From assembly GCA_963714585.1 (NCBI GenBank), contig CAVQPC010000077.1:3878-67877 (forward strand): DNA of 64,000 nucleotides, read 5' to 3'. The stretch is from an uncultured Methylomirabilota bacterium (GTDB lineage Bacteria; Methylomirabilota; Methylomirabilia; Methylomirabilales; 2-02-FULL-66-22). The notes under the pieces were generated by a model. That model saw nothing but the letters and a program-made list of their open reading frames with translations. It was not told the origin of the DNA and made no database searches. The position numbers and the translations under genes are program-made. Below, in pieces: positions 52,120 to 61,942 of the stretch (position 1 is its first letter; every line of letters starts with the position of its first letter).

Positions 52120-52722
52120 ATGAGCGCGTTCGATCCGAAGCCGACCATCCTTGAAGGGCGGCACGTCCGGCTGGAGCCGCTCGCCCCCCAGCACGCCGAG
52201 GACCTCTATGCGGCAGGACAGGATCCCGCCATCTGGCCGTACATGGCGCGCGGGGAGTTCACGAGCCTGGAGGATGTGCGGGAGTGGATCCGACAGGCGC
52301 TCGGTATGCAGGAGACCGGGACGCAGATCCCCTTTGCCATGCTGCTGCGCCGAAGCGGAGAAGCGATCGGCTCCACCCGCTACCTGGACATCCGACGAGA
52401 GGACCGGGGCCTGGAGATCGGCTGGACGTGGGTCGCCGCACGGCATCAGCGCAGTGCCGTGAACACGGAGTGCAAGTACCTCCTCCTCCGTCACGCCTTC
52501 GAGGACCTCGGGGCCGTCCGGGTGCAACTGAAGACCGATCGACGGAACGAACGCTCGCAGCGCGCCATCGAGCGCCTGGGCGCCGTGCGCGAAGGCGTCC
52601 TGCGGAGGCACATGGCGGTTCGGGACGGGTTCATCCGCGACACGGTGTACTACAGCATCCTTGACACCGAGTGGCCCGAGGTGAAGAGCCGCCTGGAAGA
52701 CTTCCTGCGACGACCGGCCTAA
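52120..52722 (+). CDS. GNAT N-acetyltransferase (RimJ/RimL-like)
   Basis: LEIGWTWVAARHQRSAVNTECKYLLLRHAFEDLGAVRVQLKTD pattern. Confidence 0.8.
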   Translation: MSAFDPKPTILEGRHVRLEPLAPQHAEDLYAAGQDPAIWPYMARGEFTSLEDVREWIRQALGMQETGTQIPFAMLLRRSGEAIGSTRYLDIRREDRGLEIGWTWVAARHQRSAVNTECKYLLLRHAFEDLGAVRVQLKTDRRNERSQRAIERLGAVREGVLRRHMAVRDGFIRDTVYYSILDTEWPEVKSRLEDFLRRPA

Positions 52723-53008
52723 AATTCCACTCCGTTCTCTCCTGATTAAGATAAGGCTTCTGCTTGACAGCCCTACACTAGGCGGCTAGCGTCAAGCGGT
52801 CTAAGTGGCTCCTTCTGGACCAAGGGGAGAGAAATGCCGGCCGGCGGAACCATAGCCGTATGGGCAGGCAAGCGCTCCCTCGGCGTCCGACCTTGCGGCC
52901 CTTTGGGGTTGACAGCTCCCAAAGGGTCCTTGTGTATTCGGGACCAGGGCATCATCCGTTCCAGGCGGCGAGGCCTGCTTCACCCCTCGCTCTCACACTC
53001 CCCAATAT

Positions 53009-53164
53009 TAATGAACGACCCCGCGGCAAGCCGCGGGGTATCGGCTTCTGTTCTCGTCCGTCATTCCGTGCGTGACACGGAATCCAGTCGGGCTTTCTGG
53101 ATACCGGCTTCCGCCGGTATGACGAACTCGCGGCAAGCCGCGGGGAATGAGCCCTCTTGGATTC
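53009..53164 (-). repeat. multi-hairpin MITE-like repeat, copy 2 (inverted relative to copy 1)
   Basis: Its reverse complement aligns end to end with 43930-44105. Confidence 0.85.
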
Positions 53165-53194
53165 AAACTTTACAGTCATAGGAGGTCGTCACAG

Positions 53195-53605
53195 ATGCTG
53201 AGCCGTGCAATCATGTCCTGGGCGATGGCGGGTTGCAGCGCAATGCTGCTCTTGAGTGCAGTGCCGGTCGTGGCCGGCGAGCAGCCATGGGTGGCTCCGG
53301 CCGCGGATAAGGCAAAGAAGAACCCCGTGCCTCGCGCGACCGGTGTCCCGGAGGGCAAGAAGGTCTTCGAAACGAATTGCAGCATGTGTCATGGGCCGGC
53401 AGGGAAGGGCAATGGGCCCGCGGGCGCGGCCTTGAGCCCCAAGCCGGCGGACCTGACCTCCAAGGCGGTTCAGGCCCAGACGGACGGCGAGCTGTTCTGG
53501 AAGATCTCCACCGGCCGCGGCGCCATGCCGTCGTGGCAGACGCTCCCGGAGAAGGACCGCTGGAGCGTGGTGGACTTCATCCGCAGCCTTGGCGGGAAAA
53601 AGTAG
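53195..53605 (+). CDS. class I c-type cytochrome
   Basis: Signal peptide, CSMCH heme motif, distal GAMPSW Met; GGAGG RBS. Confidence 0.8.
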   Translation: MLSRAIMSWAMAGCSAMLLLSAVPVVAGEQPWVAPAADKAKKNPVPRATGVPEGKKVFETNCSMCHGPAGKGNGPAGAALSPKPADLTSKAVQAQTDGELFWKISTGRGAMPSWQTLPEKDRWSVVDFIRSLGGKK

Positions 53606-53778
53606 GAGGAGGGCGATCGTGACCTGTCGCGGTAGCCGGTGGAGAGACCTTTGCTTGCAGGGGGAGCGAGCGAGTCTCGGCGACCGGGCACGACCGGGAG
53701 CCTGCGGAAAAGGCTGAGGCATCCATATCCGCAATGGCGTCTCCACCAACCGGGTGCATGGAAGAGGGGAGGGAATCC

Positions 53779-54987
53779 ATGAGGGGAATACCGCGTAGAC
53801 ACTTCCTCAAGACAGTTGGGGCATTCGCCGTCGCGGGTGGCGCGCTGGGGCGCGCGGGACGGGCGCTCGCGCAGGAGGATCCGATCCTGGCCGGCCGGCC
53901 GCTCGTCCGATACCCAGAAAAGACAGACCTGATCCTTCTCACCTCGCGGCCCCCGCAGCTCGAGACCCCGATGAAGTACTTCGACCGGGCCATCACGCCG
54001 AACGAAGCGTTCTTCGTCCGCTACCACGTCTTTCCTGTCCCGACCAGCGTGGATCTGGCCACGTGGCGCCTGAAAGTGATCGGCCATGTGGGCAGCCCGC
54101 TGGAACTCTCCATGGACGACCTCAAGACCAAGTTCCCCCGGGCCTCCATCACGGCCGTGACACAGTGCGCGGGCAACAGCCGCGGCCGCTTCGCGCCTCG
54201 GGTCTTGGGGGGGCAGTGGGGCGACGGGGCCATGGGGAACGCCCAGTGGGCCGGCGCGCGGCTCCGGGACATCCTCACCGCGGCCGGGGTCCGGCCGGAG
54301 GCCGCGGAGGTCTCGCTCAACGGCCTGGACCACACCATATTTCCTACCACGCCTGACCTCGTGAAGAGCCTGATGATCGATCGGATCATGGACGATCCAG
54401 ATATCTTGGTGGCCTACGAGATGAATGGTCAGCCCCTCCCCATGCTGAATGGATACCCGGCCCGGCTGATCGTCCCCGGATGGTACGCCACCTACTGGGT
54501 CAAGAACCTGTTCGAGATCAACGTGTTGGACAAGCCCTTCGAAGGCTTCTGGATGAAGCCCGCCTACCGGATCCCGGATAATCCCTGCGGCTGCATCCCG
54601 CCGGGGACGGCGCCGAAGCGCACCGTGCCCATCAACCGGATGACGGTCCGGTCCTTCATCATTGTCCCCGAGGCCGGCGCCAGACTGCCTGCCGGGAGCG
54701 GGACGACGCTGAAAGGCATCGCCTTCGACAGCGGCTACGGCATCCGGGAGGTGGAGATCTCCGACGATGGCGGGGCCACGTGGCGGCGCGCCCAGCTCGG
54801 CCCCGACCTCGGTCGCTACTCCTTCCGCGAGTGGTCCTCGACCTGGCAGCCGCCGCGCGCCGGAGCCTACCGGCTCATGGTGCGCGCCTTCAACACCATC
54901 GGGGAGTCGCAGGACTACGAGCCCTTGTGGAATCCGGCGGGCTACCTGCGCAATGTGATTGAGCACGTGGACGTGCAGGTGGCATAG
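53779..54987 (+). CDS. sulfite dehydrogenase / sulfite-oxidase-family molybdoenzyme (SorA-like), Tat-exported
   Basis: RRHFLK twin-arginine signal, Moco domain (TQCAGNSRG active-site Cys), C-terminal dimerisation domain. Confidence 0.85.
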   Translation: MRGIPRRHFLKTVGAFAVAGGALGRAGRALAQEDPILAGRPLVRYPEKTDLILLTSRPPQLETPMKYFDRAITPNEAFFVRYHVFPVPTSVDLATWRLKVIGHVGSPLELSMDDLKTKFPRASITAVTQCAGNSRGRFAPRVLGGQWGDGAMGNAQWAGARLRDILTAAGVRPEAAEVSLNGLDHTIFPTTPDLVKSLMIDRIMDDPDILVAYEMNGQPLPMLNGYPARLIVPGWYATYWVKNLFEINVLDKPFEGFWMKPAYRIPDNPCGCIPPGTAPKRTVPINRMTVRSFIIVPEAGARLPAGSGTTLKGIAFDSGYGIREVEISDDGGATWRRAQLGPDLGRYSFREWSSTWQPPRAGAYRLMVRAFNTIGESQDYEPLWNPAGYLRNVIEHVDVQVA

Positions 54988-54999
54988 GGGGGACCAGAG

Positions 55000-55323
55000 A
55001 TGAAAATTGCGCGTATGCTCGCACCCTTCGCGGTGCTGGTCCTGGTGCCCCTGGCCGTCTGGGCCGCCGACCAGAAGACGATCACCCTCCCCCCTGATAA
55101 CGCCATGGCGACGCTGGCGCCGGGGCCGGGGATGGAAGTTGCGCGGGCCAATTGCGGCATCTGCCACTCGACGGACTACATCGTCCGCCAGCCGCGAGGC
55201 GACGCCAAGCAGTGGGGCCCCGAGGTCGCGAAGATGATCAAGGTCTTCGGCGCGCCCATCAGCCCGGAGAACGAGAAGATCATCGTCGAGTACCTGGCCA
55301 CCGCCTACGGCCCCGCGAAGTAG
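55000..55323 (+). CDS. small c-type cytochrome, SorB-like partner
   Basis: Signal peptide and CGICH heme motif; 13 nt after the molybdoenzyme stop. Confidence 0.7.
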   Translation: MKIARMLAPFAVLVLVPLAVWAADQKTITLPPDNAMATLAPGPGMEVARANCGICHSTDYIVRQPRGDAKQWGPEVAKMIKVFGAPISPENEKIIVEYLATAYGPAK

Positions 55324-55925
55324 GCCGGAGAAGCGCAGCTATTGCTCTGCGGCTACGCGGCCTGGGCTTGCCCCTGGATATCGGCCCAGGCGCCGCGGCG
55401 CTTCCGCGCGGTGTTTGGGAAGAGCCCGCGCCCCTAGCTCTCCGAGGTGCGCCTCCGGCAAGCCGCAGACCTCCTACACACGACCCGCCTCGGCATCCAG
55501 CAGACCCTGGGCGACCAGAACCTCGCGGCCTGTGACTCCCCCTGTCCGAGATGCGGTCTCCTCCCGGGCGCCCCTCCCATGCCACGGTTCCGAGGCGACG
55601 GCCAAGAATTGAAATCCGGCCCCCGCAGAATCAAGCAGTTGCGGCCCAGATGGTGTCTGGTACATTTTTACCTCGGTCAGTACTGAGGCCGGTTTCTCGT
55701 TGACAGGCTGTGGCGCTTTCGATAGCCACTGTGGCCGGTCCTCTTGTATCATTCCACTTCGCGAGAGGACTCGCCCATCCTCAACCGTGTTCAACCGGGC
55801 TGCGCTGGCCCGTATGCTCCTTTCCATATCGCAGTGTGCAGTCGCAGGGGTGGTAGCCAACCCCGAGTTCTGGCATTCGTACGTTTGGCTAGCAATTCTG
55901 CCCAAGGAGGATTCGGAACGCGGCG

Positions 55926-56669
55926 ATGCATCTGAGCGAGTCGGATACGCGAGCCAAACTCGTCGACCCGGCCATCCATGCCCGTGGCTGGACGGAAGAC
56001 CTCATCCGCTGCGAAGAGACTGCCGCAACAGTCGACATCATTGACGGGTTCCCCCGGAGGCGTGGTAAAGGCCGGGTGGATTACGTCCTGCGCGTCAAAG
56101 TGAGCCCTGATACGCAGCCGGTCGCGGTTGCGCTCATCGAGGCGAAGGCCGAACACCTGCCCCCTGCCCACGGCCTGGAGCAAGCCAAACTCTACGCCAC
56201 CTGTAAGCGGCTCAACGTACCCTTCGTCTTTTCCAGCAACGGCCATCTTTTCGTCGAGTACGACCGTATCACCGGCATGACCAGCGCTCCCCGCCCGCTG
56301 GCCGAAATGCCGACGCCCGCCGAGTTGCGTTCCCGGTACGAGCAGCGCATGGGCTTTACCCTGGACGCGCCCTTGGCCAAGCCCCTGCTCGCGCGCTATA
56401 CCGGGGGCGAGGCGACGCGCCGCTACTACCAGGATGCCGCGATCCGGGCTGTCCTGGAGAAGCTGGCTCGGGGGGAAAAACGCGCCCTTCTGTTCCTTGC
56501 CACCGGGGCGGGGAAGACGTTCATCGCCGTCCACCTGCTCAAGCGGTTCGCCGATGTGGGCCAGCTCCGGCGGGCGCTGTTCGTCTGCGACCGCGACGAA
56601 CTGCGGAGTCAGGCACTCGGGGCGTACCAGAACCGCATAAGGAGGCGACCCCTGTGGCAAAGAGTGTGA
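55926..56669 (+). pseudogene. truncated restriction-enzyme helicase subunit (HsdR/Res-like): N-terminal nuclease-like domain plus helicase motif I only
   Basis: SESDTRAKLVDPAI...VDYVL...LIEAK nuclease-like domain and ATGAGKT Walker A; homology ends near 56635, where composition changes. Confidence 0.75.
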
Positions 56670-57325
56670 AGATCCCGTGCGTCAATTGTGGGGGCGGCCC
56701 GCGAAATCATCTAGTCCTGAAGGAGCACGAAGAGAAGTGGAGAACCGAAGATGACCAAGGGGGAGGCACCTACCAGATCTGTAAGTGTATGGGCTGCGAA
56801 GCGGTACGATTTCGAGAGGAAGCGTGGGACACAAGCTGCTGGAACTACGACACGCAGAAGATGGAGCCAGAGGTTACCGTATATCCGGAGACCGTTAAGT
56901 CTGAGCGTGAGCCGGTGGACGTTGTGGAGTACCCAGATGCCGTTGCCCGGATCTATCTAGAAACCATTCGAGCTTTCAACGGTGGGGCCATGATTCTCGC
57001 TGGTGGGGGGCTCCGTGCGATAGTTGAGGCAATTTGCCTAGGTCGCAAAGTCTCGGGGAGAAATCTCAAGGAGAAAATTGACGCGCTCGTGGCCAGCGGG
57101 CTACTTGCCAAACCCCAAGCCGAACTGCTGCATGAAGAACGGTACATTGGCAATTCGGCACTGCACGAGATCCTGCCGCCAACGAAGCGCGACGTCGAGG
57201 ACGGCCTGGCCATTGTCGAGGGCCTGCTGAATACGATCTACACCCTGCCAGGCCACGCGGAGCGCCTTCGGCGAAAGCGCCAGAACAAGACACAGCTCCC
57301 CAAGCCATCGCAACGAAAGCCGTAG
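56654..57325 (+). CDS. zinc-ribbon plus DUF4145 domain protein
   Basis: AAGGAGG RBS 8 nt before the GTG; CVNCGG...CKCMGC ribbon; C-terminal LRAIVEAIC...LHEERYIGNSALHE pattern typical of DUF4145. Confidence 0.75.
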   Translation: MAKSVKIPCVNCGGGPRNHLVLKEHEEKWRTEDDQGGGTYQICKCMGCEAVRFREEAWDTSCWNYDTQKMEPEVTVYPETVKSEREPVDVVEYPDAVARIYLETIRAFNGGAMILAGGGLRAIVEAICLGRKVSGRNLKEKIDALVASGLLAKPQAELLHEERYIGNSALHEILPPTKRDVEDGLAIVEGLLNTIYTLPGHAERLRRKRQNKTQLPKPSQRKP

Positions 57326-57549
57326 CTCCTAACCCCAATCCGAAATTCTTGAACCGCCATGACGCCAAGAACGCCAAGATTCACAGGGCTTAGAAAACAA
57401 ACACTTCCTCGCGTGCCACTGCACCATGAGGTGTCTTTGAGAATTCGGCCCTGACATCAGCCCCTGTCGGCCTTGGCGGCCCCCGGTGGCGCCTTGGCGG
57501 TGAGACGGTTTCTTCGGATCGGGGCTAATCGGGATCAGCAGCAGGGTGC

Positions 57550-58515
57550 CTAGTGTACCGTTTCCAAAATGGCTTTACAGCGCCCCACCTTTTCCAGGAT
57601 GGTCTCCGCCGACTTCGTCCAGACCAAAGGCTTCGGGTGGGTGTTGTGCACCTGGATGTACTCCTCGATGGCGGCGATGAGGTCGGGGACGCTCTTGAAG
57701 ACCCCCCGCCGAATGCGTTTGGTGGTGAGCTCCCGGAACCACCGCTCGACGAGGTTCAACCACGACGAGCTGGTCGGGGTGAAGTGGAGATGAAAACGCG
57801 GACGCTTGGCCAGCCACTGCTGCACCTTGGGATGTTTGTGCGTCCCATAGTTGTCCACGATCAGGTGCAGATCCAGCCCGGCCGGCGTCGTGCGATCCAG
57901 CTGCTGAAGGAACGCCCGAAACTCTCCGTTCCGATGCCGGGGGTAGCAGGCCCCAAGCACGGTCCCTTCGAGCACGTTCAAGGCCGCAAAGAGGGTCGTG
58001 GTGCCGTTCCGCGTGTCGTCGTGGGTCATCGTCCCACAGCGGCCCTGCTTGATCGGGAGGCCCGGTTGGGTGCGGTCCAGGGCCTGGATCTGGCTCTTCT
58101 CGTCGACGCAGAGGACCAGGGCCTTGTCGGGCGGAGGCAGGTACAGGCCCACCCCATCGGTGAGCTTCTCGGCGAAACGCTTGTCCCGGGAGACCTTGAA
58201 GGGCCGGACCCGATGCGGCTGGAGGCCATGGGCCTGCCAGATGCGGGCCACGGTGGCGTTGCTGACGCCGAACGCCTCCGCCATCGTCCGGGTGCTCCAG
58301 TGGGTCGCGCCCTTGGGCGTGGTCTGGGTGGTCGCCCGCACGATGGCCTGCACGGTGTCTGTCGGGATACTCCGCGGGCGGCCACGCCCGGGGGCATCCT
58401 GCTGCACCGCGGCCAGGCCCCCCGCCTGAAACCGTTTGCGCCACAGGGCCACGGTGGGGCGCGTCGTGCCGAGGCGCTGGGTGATCTGGCTCGGCGGGAC
58501 CCCCTGCGCGGTCAA
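57550..58515 (-). mobile_element. IS630-family DDE transposase, apparently 5'-truncated
   Basis: HTH, then DEKSQIQAL...IVDNYGTHKH...SSWLNLVERWF DDE_3 motifs; the first ~35 residues usual for the family are missing. Confidence 0.9.
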
Positions 58516-58667
58516 GACAACTGCGCCTGCGACAGATTGCGATCGATGCGGAACCGAATGATCTGTTTCGCAAGCTCGTACTCTTCTTCCAGGTCCTCAT
58601 ATGCCTTTCGAAACTCAGGATTCTTCAGTTGAGTATCAAGATACTTGTCGAAGTCGGTCGTCTTCAT
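58512..58667 (-). pseudogene. HigA-like XRE antitoxin truncated after 51 codons at the IS630 junction
   Basis: MKTTDFDKYLDTQLKNPEFRKAYEDLEEEYELAKQIIRFRIDRNLSQAQL then stop; ATGA overlap with the toxin stop; the HTH is cut in helix 2. Confidence 0.6.
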
Positions 58668-59008
58668 ATGTTTCCCCTTGTACCTTCGGCGTGCTGCCTC
58701 ATGAGCAGCGCGGCTCGTTCAAGCTCCCTTCGGTCGAGCTTCATTCCCTTCTTTATGTAGCCTGAAGTCACTACGTACAAATGCTCCTGGTGCCAGAAGT
58801 AGAAGAATCGGCATGCGTCATGACCAAGCATGACCCTAAGCTCAAATAGTCCAGGCCAATCGGACACCTTCTTTGAATGGGGCTCCCTAAGGGAGGGGCC
58901 GAACTCCTGAAGCAGCCGTATCGAACGAGCCGCTTTGGCCTTCAGGCGGTCATGCAAGCCGTCCAGGAATTGGACCGCCGGCGGCAGAAGCTTGACTTTG
59001 TAGCCCAT
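58664..59008 (-). CDS. RelE/ParE-superfamily toxin (HigB / Gp49-like)
   Basis: LFELRVMLGHDACRFFYFWHQEHLYVVTSGYIKKGMKLDRRELERA fits the Gp49/HigB pattern; start at 59008 or 59023. Confidence 0.75.
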   Translation of the reverse strand: MGYKVKLLPPAVQFLDGLHDRLKAKAARSIRLLQEFGPSLREPHSKKVSDWPGLFELRVMLGHDACRFFYFWHQEHLYVVTSGYIKKGMKLDRRELERAALLMRQHAEGTRGNI

Positions 59009-59539
59009 GCAGGAATATACCATGCGTGATATGGCTGTGTCAAGCACGGATTGCCCTCCCCGGAAAGACCGATTCATTTGGCAGTCCGCTGTACGAGAAA
59101 GCCGACGTTGGGTCCAAAGATGGGCATAACACGTATAAGGCCTCCCCGAGTCAAGAGGCGTGGCCGAGCGCGACAAACCCGGAGTGGCTGCCAGAAGAGA
59201 AGAGACGCCGATAAAACAGCCCGACTTGGTTTCTACGATGGGTGCGGCAATGCAGCCTGCACCAAACACGTATCGAGAGTCGCCCGAGGCGCTCTAGAAT
59301 CTTATTAGTGCCCGACCGCCGTCCGAATCAAAAAAGGGGGTCACCTCCAGGGTGCCTCAGTTACTTTTGCGGCTCGGCGCGGGGCAGACCGCATATCGGT
59401 GTTCTGTTGTCGTGCGGCACCAGAAGATCGGGACCCGGGTGTGCGACCAATCAAATCGAGGGACTTGCCCGAACACAGAGAGCACAGAGGACAGTCCAGT
59501 TAAGCGAACAGGTTCCTGCACACCCTGTCCCTTTTTTCA

Positions 59540-60586
59540 TCAGCCGTCTTGATAGAATCGCATCGGGTCGAAAGCCTCCTTGTGCTTGAGCATGAAATAG
59601 AGGGTGCGGCCAAGCTTCTGTGCGATGATGGAGAGGGCCTTGGCCTTGCCGTACTTGGAGACCAGCTTGTGGTGAAGGCGTTGGGCGGGCTCGTTGTCGC
59701 GCAAGAAGGTGACCGCCGCTTCTGAGAAAGCCCACTTGAGATGGACGTTGCCGATCTTACTGTTGCGCGCTCCACTCTTTTTGCCCGCGGACTCGCGTGC
59801 GCACTTGACCAGGCGGCAGTAGGAGATGAAGTTGCCTACTGAGGAGAAGCGTGAAATGTCGTGGACCTCGTAGAGGATCACCAGGGACAGGATCTTGCCG
59901 ATGCCGGGAACGGTGCAGATGAGTCGCAGGGCCAGAGGATCGTGAGCGCGTGCTTGCTGGAGGACCGTCCGCTCGACGCTCAACAGCACTCGGTGCAAAG
60001 CGTCCAGGACGTCGATGTCGGCCTGGATGCTTTTGCTCACCATGGGTTCAGGGAAGTGCTCAGAGAGTTTGGCTCTATTGGTTCGGTAGTTGATGCGTTT
60101 CTGGAAGGCGGCCAGGTTGTACTGGGCGTTGGTGTTCTGGATGTGAGCGAGGAGCTCGCTTTGCTGGTGCATGAGGTACATGCGGCGACGAAGCAGATCA
60201 CGGGTGGAGCGCATGGCCTGAGGGTAGGCGTAGGCCAGGGGCAGCATACCGGCGCGCAGCAGGCCGGCGATCTTCTGGGAGTCAAGTTTGTCGTTCTTGG
60301 TCTTGCCGCCGTGGATCGCCTTCATATACAGGGCGTGACCGAGCACGAATGAGATGGCGTGTTGAGCACACACATCGGCGATCCAGTACCAGGTGAAGAT
60401 GCATTCCACGGCGACCACGATGTCTTCTCGATAGGGGCGTAAAGCTTCTAGAAGATGCTCACCGTCTGTGGGCAGGTTGCGGTGGAGGAGCACGGTACCT
60501 GCAGAGTCGAGGATGCACAGGTACATGCTTCTTGCGTGAAGATCGATGCCGCAATAGAATTGATGCTGTCGGGTGTAGAAGTGCAA
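59540..60586 (-). mobile_element. IS110-family (DEDD) transposase, element a
   Basis: YCGIDLHARSMY...AVECIFTWYW...KTKNDKLDSQKIA N-terminal DEDD domain and Transposase_20 C-domain (VPGIGKILSLVIL...SGARNSKIGNVHLKWAF); GAGAGGAGG RBS before the TTG at 60586. Confidence 0.9.
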
Positions 60587-60661
60587 TCTTGGCCTCCTCT
60601 CAAAATCGTTTAGTTGAGCGACGGTAGCTTTCCTACCGTACCTCCGAGGGGAGGCCTTAAT

Positions 60662-60780
60662 AAGTATCAAATCGTTGGAGCAGTCGCCTTAAGGGGCCGT
60701 CTTGAACCGCGAGTCGCGATCCCGTAAGGAACCTTGGTCTTTGGGCGTGGTCGGCGGCGCTGCTCAACTCTATGTTATGC
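60662..60780 (+). repeat. integron attC-like site 1
   Basis: ATCAAATCGTTGGAGCAGTCGCC ... GGCGCTGCTCAACTCTATGTTATGC; the inner arms pair with bulges and the right end is GTTATGC. Confidence 0.7.
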
Positions 60781-61750
60781 CGCCGTAACTTGACGGCTGA
60801 TGTGGCTGAATGGCGCGTGCTGGAGGTGTTCGCCGAAGTGAAGGGTGCCAAGCTACAGCGTGCGCTAGGGCCGATTATGACTTATTTCGAGCAGTGTCCT
60901 CGACCGCGGATCTCTCCGAGCCAAGCGGCATCACTGCCATTGCGATCTAAGGCCATCCTCCCCACGCGGCAGCGAGAGGCTTCCCACCGTCGGAGCGTAC
61001 TGCGCTCAGTTTCGTGGAGTGGCGAAGTATATTGGACATTGAGCGTCGTCGACGGAATGTGCAGTTCTGCTTGTTAGCAGCAGCTAAGTCACCAAATTTT
61101 AACTCGTTGATCAAGCAAGGCTATACGGTAGGACCGAAATAGAAACTGCGCAGTCGCTTCAGGTCCGGCATTCTGTAGATCTCTTCGAACCAAGACTTCC
61201 ATGCGCTGCGAAGGAGCTTTCGACCGACTCACAGACCCAGGACATAAGGAGATCAGACTTTCGTTCAAACGATTAGCGCATAGCTGACGGGTTTCACCGG
61301 CCGCTGAAGCATGCACAGGAGCTCGGACGACGCTGGTGAGACTATCGATGTAGGCGTACGAGTATGAACGTTCAGGAGATCGAATATTTCCGGTGGATTC
61401 TTCGCCACAATCTTTACCAATCCGATTCGAGGAATGGACACCGCAGTGGTCGCAATTGCCACAGAGATGACGCATGGACTTCCGCCTCACAGGCCACTAG
61501 AGTACCGTTATTCGGGACTAAAGATGCTAAATGAGGAAAACGGACTCGCAGGACGCAACGACATCGGGAGCTACTTACGAAGACCTTGCCAGGTACAACC
61601 TACATCCGACTGTACGCTCTCATGGTTCGTTTAATGACCCCGATGGACGGATATCAATGCGGGGATGAGAATGATCTCTCCGACAAAGCGAGTGAATTCG
61701 AGGTGCTTGTAAGGGTCGCTACAGTGAAAGCTTATTCTGCGACGAGCGCC

Positions 61751-61867
61751 CCATAACAAATCGTTGGAGTTGTCGCCTTAGGTGGTCTTCTGCTTCGACG
61801 GGAATGTCGTCGCCGGGGTTCGCTTCGCGCTGGTGATTCGGCGGCGCAACTCAACTCTATGTTATGT
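61751..61867 (+). repeat. integron attC-like site 2
   Basis: CATAACAAATCGTTGGAGTTGTCGCC ... GGCGGCGCAACTCAACTCTATGTTATGT; CATAAC pairs with GTTATG, and GTTGGAGTTG pairs with CAACTCAAC with one unpaired base. Confidence 0.75.
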
Positions 61868-61942
61868 CCAGCTTGGGGCTGACACTCATGGCCTGATTTC
61901 GGTTGACGGCTTGATATTGTAGCGATAGGAGAGCGTAGGAAA

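Noticed and set aside
55330-55560. Minus-strand AraC-type HTH C-terminus (REVLVAQGLLDAEAGRV ... LFPNTARKRRGAWADIQ)
   Set aside because: The pattern is suggestive, but it needs an in-frame stop plus a frameshift within 200 bp and has no N-terminal part. That is too weak to list as a feature; at best it is a very eroded pseudogene.
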